Shown here: positions 17,062-28,964 of the stretch, in pieces
Layout of the letters: each line of letters opens with the position of its first letter
Numbering within the stretch: the stretch's first letter is position 1
Assembly: GCA_965203905.1 (NCBI GenBank)
Contig: CBDBDQ010000005.1
Span: forward strand, 2,496,001 to 2,560,000
Length of the DNA stretch: 64,000 nucleotides
Direction: 5' to 3'
Origin: Spirochaetia bacterium
GTDB lineage: Bacteria > Spirochaetota > Spirochaetia > SZUA-6 > Bin103
Notes under the pieces: model-generated
Seen by the model: only the letters and a program-made list of their open reading frames with translations
Databases searched by the model: none
What the model was told of the DNA's origin: nothing
Made by a program: the position numbers and the translations under genes

Positions 17062-18513
17062 ATGAGTTTCGAGTTCAAGTTCCCGGATATCGGCGAGGGA
17101 CTCACCGAGGGGAAGATCCTGGAGTTGAAGGTGAGCCCGGGAGCCGCGGTGAGTGCCGGAGACATCCTGGCGATCGTGGAGACCGACAAGGTGGTGGCGG
17201 ATATCGCATCGCCCAAGAGCGGGGTGGTGGTGAGGTTCGGCGCCGCGGTTGGCGAGCGCATCAGCGTGGGAGCGACGCTGGCCTATATCGACGTGGCCGA
17301 CGGCACCGCCGCCAGCGACGGCAACGGCTTCGCCGTGGCCGGCGGCCGCCTGGCCGCGGGATCCGAAGAGGCGGACGGCAGCGATGCCAGCCATCAGCAT
17401 CAGGCGCTGGTCGGGACCCTCGATGCCGCGCCCAGCATCCTGCCGCCGAGCGACGAGACCGACTCCGCCGATCCCGCTGGGGACGATGGCGGAGCCACCC
17501 CGGAGCCCGCGGCCGATGGCGAGCGAACCAGCGCGGACCCAGGTGCCGGCGAACCGGAACCTGCCGCCGCGGCGCCCACCGACGAGCCGCTGGTCACGCC
17601 GGCGGCTCGCCGCCGGGCACGTGACCTGAACCTCGACCTGCAGCAGGTGCGGCCGAGCCGGGAGGGAAGCCGTATCCTGCGCAGCGACGTGGAGCGCGCG
17701 GCCGACGACCGTGAGGTGGTTGCGCAGTCCCGGTCCGGTACCGTGCAGCCGCCGGTCTCGCAGACCGGCTCCGACTTCGCCTTCCCGCTGATCGACGATC
17801 CGCTGGTCACTCCCGCGCACCTGCCGCTCGGTCAGACGGTGGAGCTCACCATCCTGCGCAAGACCATCGCCCATACCATGGAGACCAGCCGCAAGATTCC
17901 CACGGCCACCATCTTCGACGTGGGCGTGGTCGAGGACCTGGTGGAACTGCGTGCCAAGGTGAACGCCGGGCGCGATGTACGGGTGAGCTTCCAACCCTTC
18001 TTCATGAAGGCGCTGGCCACCGCGCTGCGCCGGTATCCGGTGCTCAATGCCCACTTCAACCCGGTTTCGGAGGAGCTCACGGTGTTCAAGGACATCAACA
18101 TCGGGGTGGCGGTGAACACCGAGGCCGGGCTGATGGTACCGGTGATCCACAACGTGGAGAACAAGACCATTCGTCAGATCGACACTGCGATGAAGGACAT
18201 GGTGGAACGTGCCAAGGGGCGCCAGATCAGGATCGAGGATCTGCGCGGCGGCACCTTCAGCCTGACCAACTTCGGTCCCTTCGGAGGCTTGTACGCGTCT
18301 CCCATGATCTATCCGCCGCAAGTGGCGATCATCGGTGCGGGACGCATCCACCAGGCGCCGATGGTGGTCGACGGCGCGGTACGGCCGGCGTGGGTGTTGC
18401 CGGTCTCGTTGGCCTTCGACCACCGCGTCGTGGATGGCGTTCCGGCCGCGGAGTTCTCCGCCTACTTCCTGGAACTGCTGCGCATCCCACAGGAACTGTT
18501 CGTGTCCATGTGA
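17062..18513 (+). CDS. pdhC: Dihydrolipoamide acyltransferase E2
   Basis: FPDIGEGLTEG, ETDKV lipoyl site, TPAARRRARDL E3-binding domain, GGTFSLTN, FDHRVVDG. Confidence 0.92.
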   Translation: MSFEFKFPDIGEGLTEGKILELKVSPGAAVSAGDILAIVETDKVVADIASPKSGVVVRFGAAVGERISVGATLAYIDVADGTAASDGNGFAVAGGRLAAGSEEADGSDASHQHQALVGTLDAAPSILPPSDETDSADPAGDDGGATPEPAADGERTSADPGAGEPEPAAAAPTDEPLVTPAARRRARDLNLDLQQVRPSREGSRILRSDVERAADDREVVAQSRSGTVQPPVSQTGSDFAFPLIDDPLVTPAHLPLGQTVELTILRKTIAHTMETSRKIPTATIFDVGVVEDLVELRAKVNAGRDVRVSFQPFFMKALATALRRYPVLNAHFNPVSEELTVFKDINIGVAVNTEAGLMVPVIHNVENKTIRQIDTAMKDMVERAKGRQIRIEDLRGGTFSLTNFGPFGGLYASPMIYPPQVAIIGAGRIHQAPMVVDGAVRPAWVLPVSLAFDHRVVDGVPAAEFSAYFLELLRIPQELFVSM

Positions 18514-19382
18514 CGGCAGTCGGAAGGGAGTTCCGCCACCCGCAACGGTGGCCGCGGCGGCGGCCACCGCTGGTCTCGCCATGGCCGGAGGCGCCGCAGT
18601 ACCACCTGTCGCGGACCGCATCGACCATGGACGATGCCCGTCTGCTGGTGCGCTGCGCACCCGTCTCCGGTGCCCTGATCACGGCCGATTACCAGACCCG
18701 CGGCCGTGGCCGCACCCCGCAACGGCGCTGGGTGAGTGCGCCGGGCCGCAACCTGCTGTTCAATCTGCTGCTGCACGCGGCCGCCGTGGGCGACGTACCG
18801 CAACGGCTCCCACTGCTGTGCGGCCTGGCGGTCGCCCGCGCCGTGGAAGCGAGCAGCGGCGTGCCCTGTCAGGTCAAGTGGCCCAACGACGTGCTGATGC
18901 ACGACTGCAAGGTTGCCGGGTGCCTCTGCGAGCGGCTGGGCGACTGGTACAGCGTCGGCGCGGGGGTGACCTGCAACCAGCGAGCCGGTCTGCCGCCGGG
19001 CACTGCCGTGGACTTGCCGGCGTCGTCGGTGTGGCTGGCCAGCGGCCGCCGGGTGCGGCGCTGGCCGCTGCTGGAGGCGATCCTCGCCGATTTGCACCGC
19101 CTGCTGGCCGACCCGGACTGGGCGGCGCTGGTGGATCGGCGCCTGTTCGCGCGCGGCCGCTGGGTGCAGCTCCGCGGGGCCGGGCGCGGCATGCCGCGCA
19201 CAGCGCGGGTGGCTCGCGTGGCGGCGACCGGGGGCCTGGTGGTGCACGATGCCTCCGGCGCCGAGTACACCTGTTTCTCGGGCAGCGTGCGACCGCTGGG
19301 AGTCGGTCGGACTGACGCGTCAGCGGCGGGTCCGACAGGACTCGGTACGGGAGCCGAGCCTGGGCCGAAAGCGCCGCCGTGA
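18510..19382 (+). CDS. birA: Biotin--[acetyl-CoA-carboxylase] ligase (no HTH domain)
   Basis: STMDDAR, ADYQTRGRGR..RRW, KWPNDV, KVAGCLCE; start uncertain (GTG overlapping the pdhC stop). Confidence 0.85.
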   Translation: MTAVGREFRHPQRWPRRRPPLVSPWPEAPQYHLSRTASTMDDARLLVRCAPVSGALITADYQTRGRGRTPQRRWVSAPGRNLLFNLLLHAAAVGDVPQRLPLLCGLAVARAVEASSGVPCQVKWPNDVLMHDCKVAGCLCERLGDWYSVGAGVTCNQRAGLPPGTAVDLPASSVWLASGRRVRRWPLLEAILADLHRLLADPDWAALVDRRLFARGRWVQLRGAGRGMPRTARVARVAATGGLVVHDASGAEYTCFSGSVRPLGVGRTDASAAGPTGLGTGAEPGPKAPP

Positions 19383-19467
19383 GGCGGCGCCTTCGAGGCG
19401 CTCGGCGGGGGCCATCCGGCGGGTTCCGGGGGCCCGGAAAGTGTTGCTTTTGCCGCCGGGGTGTTAG

Positions 19468-21165
<1,698 letters not shown>

Positions 21166-21189
21166 GGTCAACCAGGCATCTCGTTTACG

Positions 21190-21232
21190 AAAGGGCGCGC
21201 CCAGTCTTGCCGGAGTGGGGGCGCCCTTTTTG
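21190..21232 (+). terminator. Rho-independent terminator after groEL
   Basis: AAAGGGCGC...GCGCCCTTTTT inverted repeat with T-tract. Confidence 0.8.
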
Positions 21233-21239
21233 CTGAACG

Positions 21240-21548
21240 GTGAAGCGCGCTGATTATCTGTTCGTCATCGGTTACGATGGCGACAAGGCCGTGGTCCACG
21301 GTCAACAGCGCCGTCGCTACGGCAAGTTGACGACTCACCAGCTACTGGATCAAGGCCTCTACAAGGCGGCCTTTTGCTCCGCCGACTACGCGCTGCAGAC
21401 CGGCGCTGCCGGAGCGGCCGAGGAGTTGGAGACGGTGCGCGCGACCATGGAGCAGATCACCGGCCGGCCGCACGCGGTCGAAGACCTCCGCAAGCTGTTC
21501 GGCGTGTTCGGCGTGCCGGCCGAGATCAAACGAGTTATCGTTGCCTGA
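21240..21548 (+). CDS. Hypothetical protein (102 aa)
   Basis: Non-repetitive protein-like composition (YLFVIGYDG, LYKAAFC, LFGVFGVP), GC3-biased codons. Confidence 0.75.
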   Translation: MKRADYLFVIGYDGDKAVVHGQQRRRYGKLTTHQLLDQGLYKAAFCSADYALQTGAAGAAEELETVRATMEQITGRPHAVEDLRKLFGVFGVPAEIKRVIVA

Positions 21549-21581
21549 GCGCGTGTGGATGATGCTGAGGGGACGATTGGT

Positions 21582-21610
21582 TTGACCGTACGCCCGGCGC
21601 GTGGTAGGTT
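21582..21610 (+). promoter_or_regulatory. Sigma70 promoter of yajC-secDF
   Basis: TTGACC-17 nt-TAGGTT with TG extension. Confidence 0.65.
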
Positions 21611-21679
21611 CCATGCTCCCGCGGCGTATCGTGGGCCGAGCCTCGGGCGTTGTGGGAACTCGGCAAAGGAACAATTCTC

Positions 21680-22051
21680 ATGAACAACACCGTTATGGAC
21701 ACGTTCTCCCTGTTGCAGGCCGGCTTTGGCGATGGTGCGGCGGGCGGCCAACTCGCCACCATGCTCGTTACCTTTGGTCTGATCATCATGATCTTCTACT
21801 TTCTGGTGATACGGCCTCAGAACCGGCGCCAGAAAGAGACCCGGCAGATGCTGTCGCGACTCAAGAAGGGCGACAAGGTACAGACCTCCGGCGGCATTCG
21901 CGGGGTGGTGACCGCGGTCAAGGAAGACGCGGTAACGGTCAAGGTGGACGACGCCACCAAGATCGAGTTCGCCAAAGCCTCGATCACCAGCCTGCTGGAG
22001 CAGCGTCAGGGAGAGTCGCGTCCGGCCGCGCAGGACAAGGAGCAGTCCTGA
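21680..22051 (+). CDS. yajC: Preprotein translocase subunit YajC
   Basis: IFYFLVIRPQ, LKKGDKVQTSGGIRG; AAAGGA RBS. Confidence 0.95.
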   Translation: MNNTVMDTFSLLQAGFGDGAAGGQLATMLVTFGLIIMIFYFLVIRPQNRRQKETRQMLSRLKKGDKVQTSGGIRGVVTAVKEDAVTVKVDDATKIEFAKASITSLLEQRQGESRPAAQDKEQS

Positions 22052-22081
22052 CGAGCCCCGCCGGGGGCCGCACGACACCTC

Positions 22082-23842
22082 ATGACCAAACGCCTACGCT
22101 TGATCCTCATCCTCGCCTTCGTCGGGGTATCGGTCTGGTTCCTCTACCCCACGGTGCGCTGGTACCTGCTGTTGACCGGCGACCAGCGGCGTGAAGCCAA
22201 TGCCTCGCGCGATCAGATACGGGTGTTGGCGCGGCAACGTGCCGATGCCGACTTGCAGCAGCTCCTCGCGCTGGCGCGGAGCGATACTTCCAAGCCGCTT
22301 CCCGACGAGCTTGACTATCTGATTCGAGCCGCCCGCGACCGGCTGCGTCTGGAGCGTCGCGACATCCCGCGGAACTGGAACATCGCGGCCGTGGTCAAGG
22401 CGTTCCCCAGCGAGGGCGAGACCTTCGTCGCCATGGAGGACCACCATCGGAATGAGTTGCTGGAGCTGAAGGACCTGCGTTCGCGCAGCATTCAGCTCGG
22501 GCTCGATCTCAGTGGCGGCATGTACGTGGTCATCGAGCCGGACCTCGAGAGCCTCAGCGAACAGAGCGGGATTGCCCTCAACGCGCAGGAGGAGGAGGGA
22601 GCCCTGCGGCGGGCCCTGGAGGTACTCAACAACCGCATCGACCAGTTCGGCGTCACCGAACCCCAGATCCGGCGCCGGGGCGAGAGTCAGATCGTGGTGG
22701 AGATGCCGGGCGCGCCGGACCCGGAACGGATGCGCAGCTTCATCCTCGGCAAGGGGCGGTTGAATTTCCATATCGTGGATACCGAAGGATTGGCGCGGTT
22801 CCGCGCCTATCAGGCGGCCAATCCGGGGAGTTTTCTCGGTCCGGACGGCCAGCCGCGCGACGATACGATCCTTACCGCCGGGACCGTGCTGCGCGGGCGC
22901 TACGAGAAGGATGCCTACGGGGTGGATCAGCTCCTCGGCTACACCGTGATCAACGAGCAGATCGGACTGGAGGGCACCTACATCCAGCAGGCGCAGGTGA
23001 GCCGCGACCCGATCACCCAGCAGCCGACGGTGATCTTCAGCCTTACCGGCGAGGGAGGCGACATCTTCTTCAAGCTCACCAGCGAGAACGTCGGCAACGT
23101 CATGGCGGTGGTGCTGGATGACAAGGTAAAGGCGGCGGCGACGATTTCGGAGCCGATTCGCAACCAGGTCAGGGTTACCGGGTTCACCCAGAGCGAGGCG
23201 CAGGACCTGGCGCTGGTGCTGGAGACCGGCGCATTGCCCGTACCCCTGGAGATTCTCAGCCAGCAGGCGGTAGGGGCGTCGCTGGGCGAGGATGCCATCC
23301 GCACCGGGCTCAACGCCATCGCGCTGGGCATGGCCGCGGTGCTGGTGTTCATGCTGGCCTACTACAAGCTGGCCGGGTTGATCGCCGATCTGGCACTGCT
23401 GCTCAACCTGTTCTTCCTGGTCTCGGTGCTGAGCGTATTCAACTTCACGCTGACGCTGCCGAGCATCGCCGGGGTGATTCTGACCGTCGGCATGGCGGTG
23501 GATGCCAACGTCATCATCTTCGAGCGCATCAAGGAGGAGTACCGGCTTGGCAAGTCGGCCTCGGCGGCGGTCACGTCCGGTTTCGGCAAGGCATTCTGGA
23601 CCGTCATGGATGCCAACATTACCACCTTCATTGCCGCCATCGCCCTGTCCCAGCTCGGTAGCGGGCCGATTCAGGGATTCGCCGTGACCCTCTCGGTCGG
23701 GGTGGTGTCCTCCATGTTTACCGCGCTCGTGGTGTCGCGGCTGATCTTCGAGTTCCTCACCGACACGCTGCAGGTGCAGCGACTCAGCATCGACTGGCAG
23801 CGACGCCCGCGGTTGGCGGCCTCCGAATCGGAGGCCCGGTGA
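22082..23842 (+). CDS. secD: Protein translocase subunit SecD
   Basis: LGLDLSGG, RIDQFGVTEP, GALPVPL, TVGMAVDANVIIFERIKEE. Confidence 0.97.
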   Translation: MTKRLRLILILAFVGVSVWFLYPTVRWYLLLTGDQRREANASRDQIRVLARQRADADLQQLLALARSDTSKPLPDELDYLIRAARDRLRLERRDIPRNWNIAAVVKAFPSEGETFVAMEDHHRNELLELKDLRSRSIQLGLDLSGGMYVVIEPDLESLSEQSGIALNAQEEEGALRRALEVLNNRIDQFGVTEPQIRRRGESQIVVEMPGAPDPERMRSFILGKGRLNFHIVDTEGLARFRAYQAANPGSFLGPDGQPRDDTILTAGTVLRGRYEKDAYGVDQLLGYTVINEQIGLEGTYIQQAQVSRDPITQQPTVIFSLTGEGGDIFFKLTSENVGNVMAVVLDDKVKAAATISEPIRNQVRVTGFTQSEAQDLALVLETGALPVPLEILSQQAVGASLGEDAIRTGLNAIALGMAAVLVFMLAYYKLAGLIADLALLLNLFFLVSVLSVFNFTLTLPSIAGVILTVGMAVDANVIIFERIKEEYRLGKSASAAVTSGFGKAFWTVMDANITTFIAAIALSQLGSGPIQGFAVTLSVGVVSSMFTALVVSRLIFEFLTDTLQVQRLSIDWQRRPRLAASESEAR

Positions 23843-25281
23843 TGAAGCGCGTCATCCCGTTTACCAACCTGCGCCTGCCCATGGCGGTGTTGTCGGCTCT
23901 GCTGATCATCGGCGGCGCCGTGGGAACCACGCTCCGCGGCGGCGTCAACCTGAGCGTCGATCTCAGCGGCGGAGTGTCGCAGCAGTTCCAGATCGCACCG
24001 GTCGCGCTGCAGATCAGCGATGCCGGCGCGGCGCTGGAGCCGGAGCTCACGCCGCCGGATCCGCTGCTGGGGCGCCCCGGTTTTCTCACCGTCCAGTGGC
24101 TCCAGGACGGCACCCTGCGGCGGCGCGTGCTGGACTTCGAGGCGTACCCCACCATCGGAGCGATCGCCGAGGAGCTGACCACCATCGCCGGCGTGGAAGT
24201 GGAGCTGGCGGCACCGGCGAACACGGCGGCGGAACAGCTGCAACCACCGGGATTCCGCGAGGCTGGCGCGACGCTCGTGCTCGGCTATCTGGACCCCGCA
24301 CAGGAGGGAACGGCTTCGATCGCCGCGGTGCGCACCGCGCTGGCCCCCCTGGAACGCTTCTCACTGCAGGCCACGGGAGCACCGAACGAGCAACGCTACC
24401 TCGTGCGCTCCGACCTGGTCGACGGTGCCGAAGGCGAGGTGGCCGACCAGCGGGCTACCGAAGAACGCATCTTCGGTCTGCTGGCCGACGCGTTCGGTGC
24501 CGAGCAGGTGACCATCCAACAGACCGACTTCGTCGGCCCCAGTTTCTCCCGCCTGCTCGGTGAGCAGGCGGTGTGGCTGATCGTGGTCGCATTCGCCCTG
24601 ATCTTTGTCTATATCCTGTTCCGGTTTCGTGCCGCCTTCGCGGTGGGGGCGCTGCTCGCACTGGTTCACGACATCGCCATCATGCTGGGAGTGCTCGGGA
24701 CGCTGCAGCTCGAGATCAGCACCGCGACCATCGCCGCGGTGCTGACCATCGTGGGCTACTCGCTCAACGACACGATCGTCATTTTCGATCGTATCCGGGA
24801 GAACGAGACCCTGATGCGCGACTCCGACTTCGAGCTGGTGATCAACACCAGCATCACCCAGTCTCTGAGCCGCACGGTGATCACCTCGCTCACGACAATG
24901 CTGGCGGTGCTGGCGATCTACATCTTTTCCACCTCCTCCATCAAGACGTTCGCGTTGAGCCTGATGATCGGCGTGGTGGTCGGAACCTATTCCTCCATGT
25001 TCGTGGCTGCACCCACGGTGCTGATATGGCGCCTGGTGCGAACCCGGCGCAGCACCCGTGCGGCTGCCGCCGCGCCCGGCGTGGCCCCGGCACAACCGGT
25101 GGTGGCGCGCGCCGGAAGCAGCCCGGTAAAGGGTACGGCCACGGTTACTCCCGCATCCGCCGCGCCCACCCCGGAAACCGCCGCGCCTTCATCGGAAGCG
25201 GCCGCACAGGCCCCCGCGGAGACGGTGGCGGTCACCCGCAGTCAACCGCGGCGGCAGACCCGCCGCCGGCGGCGCGGGTGA
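23839..25281 (+). CDS. secF: Protein translocase subunit SecF
   Basis: SVDLSGG, VGPSFS, LVHD, GYSLNDTIVIFDRIRE, GTYSSMFVA. Confidence 0.96.
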   Translation: MMKRVIPFTNLRLPMAVLSALLIIGGAVGTTLRGGVNLSVDLSGGVSQQFQIAPVALQISDAGAALEPELTPPDPLLGRPGFLTVQWLQDGTLRRRVLDFEAYPTIGAIAEELTTIAGVEVELAAPANTAAEQLQPPGFREAGATLVLGYLDPAQEGTASIAAVRTALAPLERFSLQATGAPNEQRYLVRSDLVDGAEGEVADQRATEERIFGLLADAFGAEQVTIQQTDFVGPSFSRLLGEQAVWLIVVAFALIFVYILFRFRAAFAVGALLALVHDIAIMLGVLGTLQLEISTATIAAVLTIVGYSLNDTIVIFDRIRENETLMRDSDFELVINTSITQSLSRTVITSLTTMLAVLAIYIFSTSSIKTFALSLMIGVVVGTYSSMFVAAPTVLIWRLVRTRRSTRAAAAAPGVAPAQPVVARAGSSPVKGTATVTPASAAPTPETAAPSSEAAAQAPAETVAVTRSQPRRQTRRRRRG

Positions 25282-25297
25282 GCAGTTGGGACGAAGG

Positions 25298-27073
25298 ATG
25301 ACAGATTCGTTGCCCGGAGCGGTGGCCGGCGACGCAGCGGGGAGCCTTGCCGTCGACCGCCTGTACCGCATCCGGCACTCCTTTGCCCATGTGATGGCGG
25401 AGGCGGTACTGGAGCTGTTCCCGGAAGCCAAGCTCGCCATCGGACCGCCGATCGACGACGGGTTCTACTACGACTTCGATCTGCCCCGTTCGCTCACTCC
25501 CGAGGACCTGGAGCAGATCGAGACGCGCATGCGCCGGATCCTTGGCGGCGACCACGAGTTTGCCCGCAGCGTGATCAGCCGCGAGGCCGCACAGGCGCGG
25601 TTCGCCGAGCAGCCCTACAAGCTGGAGTTGATCGAAGACCTGCCGGCGAATGAAGAAATATCCCTGTATACGCAGGACACCTTCACCGACCTGTGCCGTG
25701 GTCCCCACGTGGCGAGCACCCGCGAACTCGATTCCGCCGCGTTCAAGCTGACCGGCAGCGCCGGTGCCTACTGGCGCGGCGACGAGCGTCGCCCCATGCT
25801 GCAGCGCATCTACGGCACGGCGTGGGAGAACCGTCGGGAACTGGCCGCGTACCTGGAGCGCCTGGTCGAGATCGAGAAGCGCGACCACCGGCGGCTGGGC
25901 CGCGAGCTGGATCTGTTCTCGATTCAGGAGCAGGTGGGCCCGGGGCTCATCTTCTGGCATCCCAAGGGCGCCCGGCTGCGCTCCGTCATCGAGGACTTCT
26001 GGAAGCGGCAGCACTACGCCGGAGGCTACGAGCTGGTCACCACGCCGCATATCGGGCGCGAGTGGCTGTGGCAGACCTCCGGACACCTCGACTTTTACGC
26101 CGACAACATGTTCCCGGCCCTGGAACTGGACAACAGCAACTACTACCTGAAGCCGATGAACTGTCCGTTCCACATCATGATCTACAAGAGCGACATCCGG
26201 TCCTACCGCGATCTGCCCATGCGCTGGGCGGAGCTTGGAACGGTGTACCGGTTCGAGCGCTCCGGTACCCTGCATGGCGCGTTGCGGGTCCGCGGTCTCA
26301 CTCAGGACGATGCCCACATCTTTTGTACGCCCGACCAGATCGAGGCAGAAATAGGCGAGGTGCTGCGCTTCTCCCTGCGCATGTGGCACGCCTACGGGTT
26401 CCACGACCTGGTCGCCCATCTGTCGACGCGGCCGGACAAGGCCGTGGGCGACGACGCGAGCTGGGAACGGGCTACCGCGGCGCTGCGCCGCGCCATCGAG
26501 GCGCACGAACTGGAATACGAAGTCGACGAGGGCGGCGGTGCCTTCTACGGGCCGAAAATCGACCTGCACGTGCGCGATCCGCTCGGTCGCCTGTGGCAGA
26601 TGACCACCATCCAGTTCGACTTCAACCTGCCGGAACGATTCGACATGTCGTTCGTGGATCGCGACGGCAGCCAGCAGCGCCCGGTGATGGTGCACCGCGC
26701 TCTCCACGGGGCGCTCGAGCGCTTCCTCGGCGTGCTCATCGAGCACTACGGCGGTGCCTTCCCGATGTGGCTGGCGCCGGTGCAGGCGGTCGTCATCCCG
26801 GTGAACCCGCAGGTGAACGAGTACGCCGAGGCCGTAGCCAGACGGTTGCAGCAGGACGACTTTCGCGTCGAGGCCGACCTTTCCGATAATCGGATGGGCG
26901 CCAAGATCCGCACCGCCCAGAAGCAGAAGGTGCCCTACATGATGGTGGTCGGCGCCAAGGAGCAGGCCGCCGGCACCGTCTCTCTGCGCGACCGCACGGG
27001 AGCGCAGACTCCGGATCTGGAGTTCGCGGCCTGCGTCGAGGTGCTCCAGGAGCGCGTAGCCCAGCGCACCTGA
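25298..27073 (+). CDS. thrS: Threonine--tRNA ligase (short form without N-terminal TGS)
   Basis: IRHSFAHVMA, DLCRGPH, RDHRRLG, KPMNCPFH, SYRDLP, GAFYGPKID. Confidence 0.98.
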   Translation: MTDSLPGAVAGDAAGSLAVDRLYRIRHSFAHVMAEAVLELFPEAKLAIGPPIDDGFYYDFDLPRSLTPEDLEQIETRMRRILGGDHEFARSVISREAAQARFAEQPYKLELIEDLPANEEISLYTQDTFTDLCRGPHVASTRELDSAAFKLTGSAGAYWRGDERRPMLQRIYGTAWENRRELAAYLERLVEIEKRDHRRLGRELDLFSIQEQVGPGLIFWHPKGARLRSVIEDFWKRQHYAGGYELVTTPHIGREWLWQTSGHLDFYADNMFPALELDNSNYYLKPMNCPFHIMIYKSDIRSYRDLPMRWAELGTVYRFERSGTLHGALRVRGLTQDDAHIFCTPDQIEAEIGEVLRFSLRMWHAYGFHDLVAHLSTRPDKAVGDDASWERATAALRRAIEAHELEYEVDEGGGAFYGPKIDLHVRDPLGRLWQMTTIQFDFNLPERFDMSFVDRDGSQQRPVMVHRALHGALERFLGVLIEHYGGAFPMWLAPVQAVVIPVNPQVNEYAEAVARRLQQDDFRVEADLSDNRMGAKIRTAQKQKVPYMMVVGAKEQAAGTVSLRDRTGAQTPDLEFAACVEVLQERVAQRT

Positions 27074-27111
27074 TCCGGGCAGCGCCGGTGGCCGAACCCG
27101 TTGCCGGTGCT

Positions 27112-28020
27112 TCAGGCTCCGGCGAGCACTCCGTCCGCCAGCAACGCCATGGAGATCCTTTGGCTCCGTCCACCCGCTCCCAGGTCGTGATGGAAGCGTA
27201 GGGCGCCACGGAACCGGTCCTGGCCCCTGACCAGGTCCACCTCCACCGCGGCGACGTCCCCGGGCAGGAACGGCCGCCGGAAGTATACCGTGACCCCGCG
27301 GAAGCGGAGCCGCCCCGCATCCCCGCCGGAGCGGTGAAAGACGAGCGCCAGATGGTCGAGGGCCTGCTGCGGATAGACGTGCATGTTGATGTGGCGGTTC
27401 GAATCGGAGCGGTCCATGTGGTAGACCAGCGGCAGGGTGTCGCGGAACGCCGTCTCCGACGCGGCGGCGCGACAGCGGAACGACTCGATCGGGCGCCCGC
27501 CCAGCTCGTGTTCGGCCACACCATGCTCGGTGAGAAACGCCAGCCCTGCCGGCACGGCGCTGAGCCGGCGTGCACCAGGCGCTGCGAACGGACGGGTCAG
27601 CGCCATCCAGATCTCGGCACTACCCAATGCCCCGGATGCCGGTGCGCGAAGCTCGTACAGGGTGCACTTCATTACCAGGTGGGCGCGAATCAGCGCGCCG
27701 TCGCCCCCCCGGCTGGTCACCAGCCGGAAACGGTACTCCTGGCGCAGCGGGGTCCCCAGGGCGAGCTGACGGCCGCTGGTCTCGAGCTGCATCAGATGGG
27801 GGATCGGGGCGACGCCATCGCCGCTGCCGGGGTCGTAGGTCCAGTACGGTCTGAGGACCTGCCGCAGCCCGGTGCCGATGGTGTCTGCCATACGGATGGT
27901 GATCAGCTCCCCGGCCATGTTGAGCATGTGCCACTCCACGCTGCTCTCCGTAACCGCGTCGAGAGAGTCCCGCGAGTCGGCATCCGGGCCGACCTCCGGT
28001 TCCTCAGCGTTCGTCGGCAA
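27112..28020 (-). CDS. Double hot-dog acyl-ACP/acyl-CoA thioesterase
   Basis: [15 protein letters not shown] (D.N.H.N motif), [11 protein letters not shown]; start uncertain. Confidence 0.7.
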   Translation of the reverse strand: MPTNAEEPEVGPDADSRDSLDAVTESSVEWHMLNMAGELITIRMADTIGTGLRQVLRPYWTYDPGSGDGVAPIPHLMQLETSGRQLALGTPLRQEYRFRLVTSRGGDGALIRAHLVMKCTLYELRAPASGALGSAEIWMALTRPFAAPGARRLSAVPAGLAFLTEHGVAEHELGGRPIESFRCRAAASETAFRDTLPLVYHMDRSDSNRHINMHVYPQQALDHLALVFHRSGGDAGRLRFRGVTVYFRRPFLPGDVAAVEVDLVRGQDRFRGALRFHHDLGAGGRSQRISMALLADGVLAGA

Positions 28021-28846
28021 ACCCCTGAATGCCCAGAATCTCGCGAGCTTCGGCAGGAGTAGCCACCTGGTGCTGAAGCTGCTCCACCAGGTTGGCGGCG
28101 AGTTCCACCATCTGCGCATTGCTCTTCAGCAATACCCCCCTGCGCAGGTAGATGTTGTCCTCGAAGCCAACCCGGATATGGCCCCCGAGGACAATCCCCA
28201 TGGCGATCATGGGGAGTTGGGTGCGACCGACTCCCAACACCGACCACGGCACGCCGGCGGGTAGCAGACTCGTCATGAACAGCAGGTTCTCCGGGGTCGC
28301 CTCGATGCCCCAGCCCGCCCCCATGCACAGTTGCACAAACGGCGGCGGAGCGAACAACCCCTCGTCGATCAGCGCGCGCGCCTGGCGCACGTGGCCGGCG
28401 TCGAACACCTCGATCTCCGGCTTTACTCCGGCTTCGCGCATGCGCCGCGCGGCGGCGCGTCCCCAGTCCGGAGGATTGAGGAACACGCGCTCACCGAAGT
28501 TCAAGGAACCGACGTCGAGGGAACAGATCTCGGGACCGAGCGCCACCGGCTCCAGCCGTTCCGCGATCACGTTCTGGCCGGGTATGTTCAGACCGCTGGT
28601 GGTCAGGTTGATGAGGATGTCGGACTGCTGGCGGATTCGGTCCACGACCTCGGCAAACAGCTCGATACGGGACGTCGGGACGCCGGTTTCCGGCTCCCGC
28701 ACGTGGACGTGGACGATCGCGGCACCGGCCGCGCGGCTGGCGACGGCCGCGGCCGCGATTTCTTTCGGTGAGTAGGGGACGGCCGGATTCATCTCTTTCG
28801 TGGGATGGGAGCCGACCACGGCAACGGATATGATTTTCTTCGCCAT
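28004..28846 (-). CDS. Beta-keto acid cleavage enzyme (BKACE / Kce family)
   Basis: [55 protein letters not shown]. Confidence 0.93.
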   Translation of the reverse strand: MAKKIISVAVVGSHPTKEMNPAVPYSPKEIAAAAVASRAAGAAIVHVHVREPETGVPTSRIELFAEVVDRIRQQSDILINLTTSGLNIPGQNVIAERLEPVALGPEICSLDVGSLNFGERVFLNPPDWGRAAARRMREAGVKPEIEVFDAGHVRQARALIDEGLFAPPPFVQLCMGAGWGIEATPENLLFMTSLLPAGVPWSVLGVGRTQLPMIAMGIVLGGHIRVGFEDNIYLRRGVLLKSNAQMVELAANLVEQLQHQVATPAEAREILGIQGFADER

Positions 28847-28964
28847 GTTCAGGTTTCGCGGCATCGGTGCCGCGATCGGAATAGTAGCCCAAACCACGCG
28901 CGCACGGAAACCGGGCGAGATCCGGAGGATCCGGAGCCGCGGCTCGGCATGCGGGCGGGCCGTA

